This document shows positions 56,739 to 64,000 of a DNA stretch of 64,000 bases, one piece after another (position 1 is the stretch's first letter; each line of letters begins with the position of its first letter). Source of the DNA: Histomonas meleagridis 2922-C6/04-290x (Eukaryota > Protista > Parabasalia); the NCBI GenBank assembly GCA_020184695.1, contig JAANOX010000096.1, positions 64,882-128,881 of the forward strand. Direction: 5' to 3'. A program made the translations under genes and the position numbers. The notes beneath the pieces were generated by a model. It searched no databases. It was not told the origin of the DNA and worked only from the letters and a program-made list of their open reading frames with translations.

Positions 56739-57785
56739 TCATTCGGCGTCTATATCAAACTTATGTAAAATGGACAGTAACTTTCTATTGAATTCAGGTG
56801 ATTCTTTTGGTTTAACTTTTTTCATTTTTTTCATTTCGATTTCGATTTTCTTTTTTTCTTTTTCCTCTTTTTCTTTTTTCCTTTTGCTCACTAATTCCTT
56901 TGCGTTTTCCCGTAACTTTGGGTCCGATTGAAACTTAGGATGGAACGTGAACACTTCTTCGTTCGTATTATTTTTAGGTTTTGCGCGTGGTTTGTTTCCG
57001 ATTTCTTTTAATATTTGTTTACTTCGCTTCGACACGTACGATTTGATGACAAATATTTTCTCTGTTTTAGGAGGAGGTGGTGTTAATGCCTTTGTGTAAT
57101 TACTTTTTTCTTGGCGCGCAAGAAATTCGTTGTATTCTTGCGAATGAATTTTTTTGGTTTCGTTCGACGAAATCAAATTATCAAATGAGCGATTTTTGTA
57201 TGCAGGTACACTAGACTCGATATAATGAACAAGTTCATTGTTGTTTCGTGGAGGAGTCGTAGTTAACATTTCTTTTTTGGTATCTGTTGCTGTTTTGGAT
57301 TTGTGAATTTGTTGATGTGGTTCGTCATTTTTGGTTGTGTCATCTTGATTCGTTGTAACTAAGTTGTCAAATGAATGTTCTTGATATTTTGGAATATTTG
57401 TTTCGATAAATTGAACAAGTTCATTACTATTTGATGAAGCAGACGATGATAAAGAATTTTGTTTTTCAAATACCTCAGAACCACCAGATATTTGGAGTTT
57501 TGTTTTTGGTTTAGAAGGAGTTTCTTTTTGTTCATTATTTTTATTAGATGGAACTAAATTATCTAATGAATGGTCTTGATATGTTGGAACACTTTCTTCA
57601 ATAAATTGAGCAAGTTCACTACTATTTGAAGATGAAAACTCTTGATCTTCGTTTAATTCATAATCTCCTGAAATCTGTAGTTTAACTTTTTTCTTTGGAA
57701 TGTCTGAATATGCCTCTTCTTCTTCGTCGTCAAATGAAAGTGAAATTGCTTCACTAACATCATCCAGACTTTCTTTAGATGACAT
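56739..57785 (-). CDS. Hypothetical protein with three internal ~27-aa repeats
   Basis: S/N-ELxxFIExxxPxYxxxSxDNL occurs three times; acidic N-terminus, basic C-terminus. Confidence 0.7.
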   Translation of the reverse strand: MSSKESLDDVSEAISLSFDDEEEEAYSDIPKKKVKLQISGDYELNEDQEFSSSNSSELAQFIEESVPTYQDHSLDNLVPSNKNNEQKETPSKPKTKLQISGGSEVFEKQNSLSSSASSNSNELVQFIETNIPKYQEHSFDNLVTTNQDDTTKNDEPHQQIHKSKTATDTKKEMLTTTPPRNNNELVHYIESSVPAYKNRSFDNLISSNETKKIHSQEYNEFLARQEKSNYTKALTPPPPKTEKIFVIKSYVSKRSKQILKEIGNKPRAKPKNNTNEEVFTFHPKFQSDPKLRENAKELVSKRKKEKEEKEKKKIEIEMKKMKKVKPKESPEFNRKLLSILHKFDIDAE

Positions 57786-57884
57786 TATTTTCCGCTAAAC
57801 GGCGGATTGGCAAAAAAGAAACAGTTCAAAAAATATGACATATTTACTTTTATTCAAATCTAAATTTAGTTCAGATCAAAAATT

Positions 57885-58925
57885 TCATTTTGAAGGGCTA
57901 TCTGCAAGCGTTGTTTGGATTGCGGCGACTTGTTTCTCCAATTTCTTTGTTGCAGTCTCCAATGTATTTAATGCCTTGAAGTTACATTCGAGAATTTTTG
58001 TAATTGATGACAATGAATTCTTATCAATTGACATGTGGTTAACATTTCTACTCTGATTTGCTCTTTTGGCTTTGTTTTTAAGGTCTTCTATCTTTGATTT
58101 CAATCTTGGTTCATCCATCTGTCTTTTTTTGAGTAACTGATTCATCTCTTCTTCAGTTTGGTTTAACTCTGGATATTGGTGGAGAACGTCCTCCATCTCA
58201 ACAACTTCCATCAAGAGCTGGTTGATAGTATTTGAGTTCTGTCGAAGTTTTTCAAATGATCCTTGTAATTCTGTTGAGTAAAAAGAAGACATTTCTCGAA
58301 GTTTTGTTTGGACAAGCTTCATCCTTTCTGTAAGGGCATCACCAATTGCTTTTTGAGTTTCGTATCGATTGTGTAATTCTGTAAACCCATATACTGGATG
58401 TGGCGCTAAATGTTCTGGATCAGGAGCTTCACGGCAGATGTTGGTCCAATCTTGCTGCATGATATTTTCTGGACATGTGGGATAATTTTGACCTGCTTTG
58501 TTATAGAATATAAAACAAAATTTGTAAGAAGGAGAATCCTTAGTATATGAATTAAGTAATTTCCAGATGCGCTTGAAGAGATCATCGTCTTGAATTACTG
58601 ATGCATTTTGGGTTTTGGTTTGTGTGCCAGTAAAACTACCCCAACTAGTTTTTTGTTGTGAACCAAACGCTCCTTTGTTTGTACCAAATCCACCTGTATT
58701 ACTTGTACCAAATCCACCTATATTACTTGTACCAAATCCACCTGTATTACTTGTACCAAATCCACCTGTATTACTTGTACCAAATGCACCTGTACTACTT
58801 GTACCAAATCCACCTGTATTACTTGTACCAAACCCACCTGTATTACTTGTACCAAATCCACCTGTATTACTTGTACCAAATCCACCTGTATTACTTGTAC
58901 CAAATCCACTTGTGCTACCAAACAT
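57885..58925 (-). CDS. FG nucleoporin, Nup54/Nup57-like
   Basis: N-terminal GFGTSNTG repeats, then FCFIFYN...DWTNICREAPDPEHLAPHPVYGFTELHNRYETQ and coiled coil as in Nup54. Confidence 0.75.
   Translation of the reverse strand: MFGSTSGFGTSNTGGFGTSNTGGFGTSNTGGFGTSNTGGFGTSSTGAFGTSNTGGFGTSNTGGFGTSNIGGFGTSNTGGFGTNKGAFGSQQKTSWGSFTGTQTKTQNASVIQDDDLFKRIWKLLNSYTKDSPSYKFCFIFYNKAGQNYPTCPENIMQQDWTNICREAPDPEHLAPHPVYGFTELHNRYETQKAIGDALTERMKLVQTKLREMSSFYSTELQGSFEKLRQNSNTINQLLMEVVEMEDVLHQYPELNQTEEEMNQLLKKRQMDEPRLKSKIEDLKNKAKRANQSRNVNHMSIDKNSLSSITKILECNFKALNTLETATKKLEKQVAAIQTTLADSPSK
58680..58915 (-). repeat. 24-bp coding tandem repeat (GFGTSNTG), about 9-10 copies
   Basis: ACCAAATCCACCTGTATTACTTGT repeated on the + strand. 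Confidence 0.95.
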
Positions 58926-59094
58926 TGTTTATTGGAGGGCTTCCTGTTTCTTAAGAATTTTTTTCAATGTATACCTGGTCAAATCATCTCGAGTTTTTTT
59001 TGAGTTTTGAGTGATGTTCACAAAAAGTTTATTCTGATACAAAAGTTTATTCTGACAAAAAAATTTGAAAGGCAACAGTTATCGTTAACAAACG

Positions 59095-59889
59095 ATGGTG
59101 ATAAGCGCCAGAAGAAAGGTTCAGGAAAAACATTTCTTCCTTCAAGGGAAGCAAATATTTCCGGGTGGCCATGCAGAAGCAACTGGTAAACGTCCAACAA
59201 TGGAAGATGCAGCAACAATTATTGGAGAATTTTCTGGACCAAACACTCAATTTTATGGCGTTTTTGATGGACACGGAAGTGCAGAGCCATCACGTTTTGC
59301 TGCACAAAAACTCCCCTCATTAATTTCTGATAAGTTATCAAAGAACATCGACATTAAAGAATCCATCGTAAGTTCAATTAAAGAACTCAACGAAACTGCT
59401 GTTGAAAAATGGCGAACCAGTGGTACTACAGTTGCTATAGTTATCATCATGAATAATAAATTATATACAGCCAATGTTGGCGACACGAGAATCATCTTAG
59501 TTCAAAACGGTATTGCCAAACGACTCTCTCAAGATCATAAAATCTCTGATCCTAATGAACAAAAATCTGTATGTGATCGAGGTGGAGTCATTTTCCAAGA
59601 TCGAGTGAATGGAATCCTTGCCTTAAGCCGTGCAGTTGGAGATGGCAACATTGCAGACTGTATTTCTTGCGAACCTTTCATTAACGAATCTGATTTTGAC
59701 GATAACTGTAGTTTGATCATTGCATGTGATGGCGTTTGGGACGTAATGGAGGACCAAGAAGCAGCCGAGATCCTTTGCAGTGCTTCTGATGCAGCAGCGG
59801 CGGCTCGAGCAATCAAGGAAAAAGCAATTCAAAAAGGTACACAAGATAATGTAACTGTAATCTGCGTTACTCTCAAGCCAAAAGAATAA
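59095..59889 (+). CDS. PP2C-family protein phosphatase
   Basis: GKRPTMED, GVFDGHG, ANVGDTR, LALSRAVGD, ACDGVWDV, DNVTV. Confidence 0.95.
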   Translation: MVISARRKVQEKHFFLQGKQIFPGGHAEATGKRPTMEDAATIIGEFSGPNTQFYGVFDGHGSAEPSRFAAQKLPSLISDKLSKNIDIKESIVSSIKELNETAVEKWRTSGTTVAIVIIMNNKLYTANVGDTRIILVQNGIAKRLSQDHKISDPNEQKSVCDRGGVIFQDRVNGILALSRAVGDGNIADCISCEPFINESDFDDNCSLIIACDGVWDVMEDQEAAEILCSASDAAAAARAIKEKAIQKGTQDNVTVICVTLKPKE

Positions 59890-60484
59890 AATACCATTAT
59901 ATTGGTTAAGCTTTTATTTACTACAACACCAAAATGAACCTTTTACGAAATAGGTTCAACTAAGTAATTATTATTGAGATGGCGTAGAAGTTTATGTGTT
60001 ATACCTTCAAAACAATCAGAGCTAAGATGTAATGGACTGATGTTATAGTAGCTGATTTAAATCATCAATTGGTGGAAATTAAATGGTACAAATCTTCTTT
60101 TTAGCTTGATAAAGTTGTATATTTGTTGAATGAATATACGATTAATTTGAATGTTTAACATGGCAAAATGCTTTGTTTATTTGTCATTACTATTGCAACT
60201 TAAAGGTTGCAATGATTTGGAAGAAATACATTTCCATAAAAATCATTGAAATAAAAAATTATTATTCTTAAAAGAAAACGAATCCCATGAAAACAAAAAG
60301 AAATTAAGCAAATGTTTGGAAACCAAATAAGAATTTTATTATCTAAATGAGTAATTCTTTTTTTCCAAAGTTGAAAAAGACAGTTTTTATCACTTCATCT
60401 CACAACCGTCACATTGTGCATCGTTCCTGACAATTTTGATTCAATTTCCCATTGTTCAACAACCGTTGACTGCCAACCGACATT

Positions 60485-62524
60485 ATGAAAGCCAGCCTCT
60501 TCATTCTGTCACTCGTGATGACATTAACATCCAGTGCAGGCGTCCTGACACCCGAGATCCTTTGGTCAATGGGTCGTCTTGGAGATGTAGCAGTTTCACC
60601 CGATAATACAAAAATTGCATATGCTATTAGTAATTATAGCGTCGCAGAGAACAGTGGTCGTAGCTCTATCTACGTTATGAATGCTGATGGTACAGGTAAT
60701 GTACAAATTACTGATGGAACATATTCAGAAAGCACACCTAGATGGATTAAACAAGGAACTAAGATTGCCTATCTTTCCAGCGAAAGTGGTCAATCACAAG
60801 TATGGGAAATGAATCCAGATGGTACAGAACGTAAGCAACTTTCTCATCATGAAGGAGATATTGAAGGATATGCTTTTTCACCAGACGGCACCAAACTTCT
60901 TTACATCTCTCAAGTTAAGACAGTTCAAACCACCGTTGATAAATATCCAGATCTTCCTTTATCCAGTGGAAGAATTATCACAGATCTTGCGTATAAGCAT
61001 TGGGATGAATGGGTTACCACAGCTCCACATCCATTCATTGGTGATTTTGATGGCAACACCGTCACCAATGTTATTGATATAATGGAAGGTGAACCTTATG
61101 AAAGTCCAAACAAGCCATGGGGTGGCATTGAAATGCTTGGCTGGAGTCCAGCGTCTGACAAAGTTGCCTATACCAGCCGTAAGAAGACAGGTATGGCCTA
61201 TGCCTTTTCAACCAATTCCGACATTTACATTTATGACATTGCCACAAAGAAGACCACAGACATCACAACTGACAACAAAGGCTATGACACCAATCCACAA
61301 TATTCACCCGACGGCAAGTTCATTGCATGGCTCAGCATGGAACGCGACGGTTATGAAGCCGATCAAAACCGCCTCATGATCATGAACATTGAAACCAATG
61401 AAAAGCGCTTTGTCAGTAAGTCTTTTGAGTCCAATGTTGATCAATTTGTATGGAGTTCTGATAGCAGCAAGATTTATTTTGTTGGCGTATGGCATGGAGA
61501 AAGTCATATTTATATCATTGATCTCAAAGACAATGATAAACTTACCCAATTAACAGATGGGATGTATGATTATATATCCGTATCATTATTTGGTGACAAG
61601 TTACTTGCCAAACGTCAATCGATGAGTATGGCAGATGAATTTTATTCAGTAGAAACTACTCGTACCACCGAAGCATCTGCCAAAGTCACACAATTATCAT
61701 TCATTAACAAACATATCTATGATTCTTTAACCTTTGGTAAAGTCGAAGGCAAATGGATGACGACTACAGACAACAAGCAAATGTTAGTCTGGGTAATATA
61801 TCCACCAAACTTTGATCCCAAACTTAAATATCCGACATTACTCTTCTGTGAAGGCGGTCCACAAACGCCAGTTAGTCAAGCGTGGAGTTATCGCTGGAAT
61901 TACCAAATCATGGCCGCCAACAATTACATTGTTGTTGCACCAAATCGCCGCGGATTACCGGGCTTTGGAATGGAATGGTTAGAAGAGATCAGTGGCGATT
62001 ACGGAGGCCAATGCATGAGAGATTTATTAACAGCAATCGACACAATGGCGAAAGAGTCATATGTCGATTCGGATAAATTAGGTTGCGTTGGCGCAAGCTT
62101 CGGTGGTTACTCAGTGTATTGGTTAGCAGGGCATCACGAGAAACGATTCAAGGCATTCATCGCACACGACGGAATATTCAACGTGGAAATGCAATATTTG
62201 GAAACTGAAGAGAAATGGTTCGTGAATTGGGACTTAGGAGGTGCGTATTGGGAAAAGAATAATACAATTGCACAAAGATCTTACGAAAACTCGCCGCATA
62301 AATTCGTTGATAAATGGGATACGCCAATCCTTTGTATACATGGCGAAAAAGATTACCGAATATTGGCAAACCACGCGATGGCCGCATTCGACGCAGCAAT
62401 AATTAGAGGAGTTCCAGCAGAGCTACTCATATTCCCTGATGAAAATCATTGGGTGTTGAAGCCACAAAACGGAATGCTTTGGCAAAGAACATTCTTTGAA
62501 TGGTTGGATAAATGGCTCAAGTAA
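60485..62524 (+). CDS. S9-family serine peptidase (DPP5-like), bacterial type
   Basis: Signal peptide, PD40-type propeller, GASFGG nucleophile, HGEKDYR Asp, DENHW His. Confidence 0.95.
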   Translation: MKASLFILSLVMTLTSSAGVLTPEILWSMGRLGDVAVSPDNTKIAYAISNYSVAENSGRSSIYVMNADGTGNVQITDGTYSESTPRWIKQGTKIAYLSSESGQSQVWEMNPDGTERKQLSHHEGDIEGYAFSPDGTKLLYISQVKTVQTTVDKYPDLPLSSGRIITDLAYKHWDEWVTTAPHPFIGDFDGNTVTNVIDIMEGEPYESPNKPWGGIEMLGWSPASDKVAYTSRKKTGMAYAFSTNSDIYIYDIATKKTTDITTDNKGYDTNPQYSPDGKFIAWLSMERDGYEADQNRLMIMNIETNEKRFVSKSFESNVDQFVWSSDSSKIYFVGVWHGESHIYIIDLKDNDKLTQLTDGMYDYISVSLFGDKLLAKRQSMSMADEFYSVETTRTTEASAKVTQLSFINKHIYDSLTFGKVEGKWMTTTDNKQMLVWVIYPPNFDPKLKYPTLLFCEGGPQTPVSQAWSYRWNYQIMAANNYIVVAPNRRGLPGFGMEWLEEISGDYGGQCMRDLLTAIDTMAKESYVDSDKLGCVGASFGGYSVYWLAGHHEKRFKAFIAHDGIFNVEMQYLETEEKWFVNWDLGGAYWEKNNTIAQRSYENSPHKFVDKWDTPILCIHGEKDYRILANHAMAAFDAAIIRGVPAELLIFPDENHWVLKPQNGMLWQRTFFEWLDKWLK

Positions 62525-62610
62525 AAAGATGAAATTTTATATTTTTCGATATAGAAATTTATATAAATTTTAGATGAAGTACGAACAGATTCAAACAAAA
62601 ATTTAATTGG

Positions 62611-63038
62611 TTTGTTGTTTGTTTATTTGATCATTTACTTTGATGAAATGCTTATTCAGAGAAATTATTTTTCGTTATATAAGGAAATTTAATGAATTTG
62701 TTGTTTGTTTATTTGATCATTTACTTTGATGAAATGCTTATTTAGAGAAATTATTTTTCGTTATATAAGGAAATTTAATGAATTTGTTGTTTGTTTATTT
62801 GATCATTTACTTTGATGAAATGCTTATTTAGAGAAATTATTTTTCGTTATATAAGGAAATTTAATGAATTTGTTGTTTGTTTATTTGATCATTTACTTTG
62901 ATGAAATGCTTATTCAGAGAAATTATTTTTCGTTATATAAGGAAATTTAATGAATTTGTTGTTTGTTTATTTGATCATTTACTTTGATGAAATGCTTATT
63001 TAGAGAAATTATTTTTCGTTATATAAGGAAATTTACAT
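62611..63038. repeat. 86-bp tandem repeat, 5 near-identical copies
   Basis: Unit starts at 62611, 62697, 62783, 62869, 62955; one C/T variant in the order C,T,T,C,T. Confidence 0.95.
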
Positions 63039-63040
63039 TT

Positions 63041-63165
63041 ATATATTGAAATATGTAATTTTAATCGCAATCATAAGTGCTGTACCAAATTTTCAAACAA
63101 ACAGAATATCGAAACAAAAATAGTTAAAACAAATTTTAAATAGAATAAAATTCATGTAAACCAAA
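63041..63165 (-). pseudogene. Decayed ankyrin/spacer remnant
   Basis: Minus strand ...ATTT AAA ATTTGTTTTAACTATTT TTG ... GGT ACA GCA CTT ATG ATT GCG (GTALMIA); the last part of the spacer is 9 nt short. Confidence 0.45.
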
Positions 63166-63331
63166 ATTCTGCAAACCCAGTGAAACCAGAAAAGTTATAC
63201 CCCTTTCTAAATCAATGTTTCACTTTGTGGTTTTCATCATGAAGTGTTTCATATCTATTTCAATTCTTGCATGTTTATGTACAAAAATGATAAATATTTT
63301 GAATTTTAGAAAAACAGTTTATAAAAATTTT

Positions 63332-64000
63332 TTATTTATATTTTTCTAGTAAATTTATGATTTCACTATTTCCCTTTTTTAATGCATGTGTAAAAGTTGT
63401 TTCATTTAATCATAATAAATTCCAAATTATATTTTATGATTTTAATTATTTAAGAGCAAATAAAAATGAAATATTTTAATATCACATATATTTATATCAA
63501 GATTATCTTTTTTTAATAGTAATTTAATAACTTTTATTCTTTCATTTTCAATGGCTTTTATAAGTGCTGTTTTAATAAATATAAATAAATTCCAAATATT
63601 ATATCGAAATCCAAAATAATTTATATAAATATTATTTGAAAAATATATAAATTTTTAGCATTAATATCAATTCCTTCTTGTTCAAGAAGTAATTTAACTA
63701 TTTTTGTGTGACCATTTTCAGATGCATTAATAAGTGCTGTATCAAATTCTTTAAATAATTTCCAAATATTATTTTGAAATATAAAATTATTAAAATAAAT
63801 TTTAAATAAAACAGATAAATATCTTTAGCATTAATATCAATTCCTTCTTGTTCAAGAAGTAATTTAACTATTTTTGTGTGACCATTTTCAGATGCAAATA
63901 TAAGTGCTGTTTGAAATAATTTAAATAATTTCCAAATATTATTTTGAAATATAAAATTATTAAAATAAATTTTAAATAAAACAGATAAATATCTTTAGCA
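63332..64000 (-). CDS. 3' part of an ankyrin-repeat gene interrupted by 4 spacers (16 x 17-nt units); 5'-partial (array D)
   Basis: Spacers 63914-63990, 63744-63820, 63574-63650, 63404-63480. After removal: AKD-KYG-QTAL...KD-KYG-DTAL...KN-NWG-KTAL...ICD-LKG-ETTFTHALKKGNSEIINLLEKYK*, stop at 63332-34. Confidence 0.75.

Noticed and set aside
58615-59010. Repetitive antisense or alternate-frame ORFs (VLLVPNPP, LYYLYQIH)
   Set aside because: Shadows of the 24-bp FG-nucleoporin repeat.

Overview
AT-rich, gene-dense eukaryotic DNA, most consistent with a parabasalid (trichomonad). Support: TCA(T/C)TT initiator motifs just upstream of ATGs, intronless genes, two huge BEACH genes, DUF3447-type ankyrin genes, a transmembrane cyclase-like gene and bacterial-like GNAT and S9 peptidase genes. 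The housekeeping genes look ordinary (CAMK kinase, GH47, Rab, GT47, CYFIP, importin-like, RPN9, cyclophilin, TBL1-like, Nup54-like, PP2C). The main discovery concerns five ankyrin loci (7.4-7.9, 18.7-21.7, 25.1-26.4, 48.6-50.6 and 63.3-64.0 kb). They look like shattered pseudogenes but are not random. At the beta-hairpin of every repeat, the codons K-D-x-x-G-x-T are separated by non-coding AT-rich units of exactly 17 nt, i.e. [17]-codon-[17]-codon-[17]-Gly-[17]. These spacers are 77 nt, or 60 nt when the first unit is absent. Removing about 110 such units, none bounded by GT-AG, restores uninterrupted ORFs with textbook loops (KDKYGKTAL, KDNSGKTAL, KDNLGKTPL, QDNNGNTAF). This implies single-codon micro-exons and an unexplained fixed-length (ruler-type) RNA excision or recoding mechanism. 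The mechanism is inferred from DNA only; no transcript data were available.
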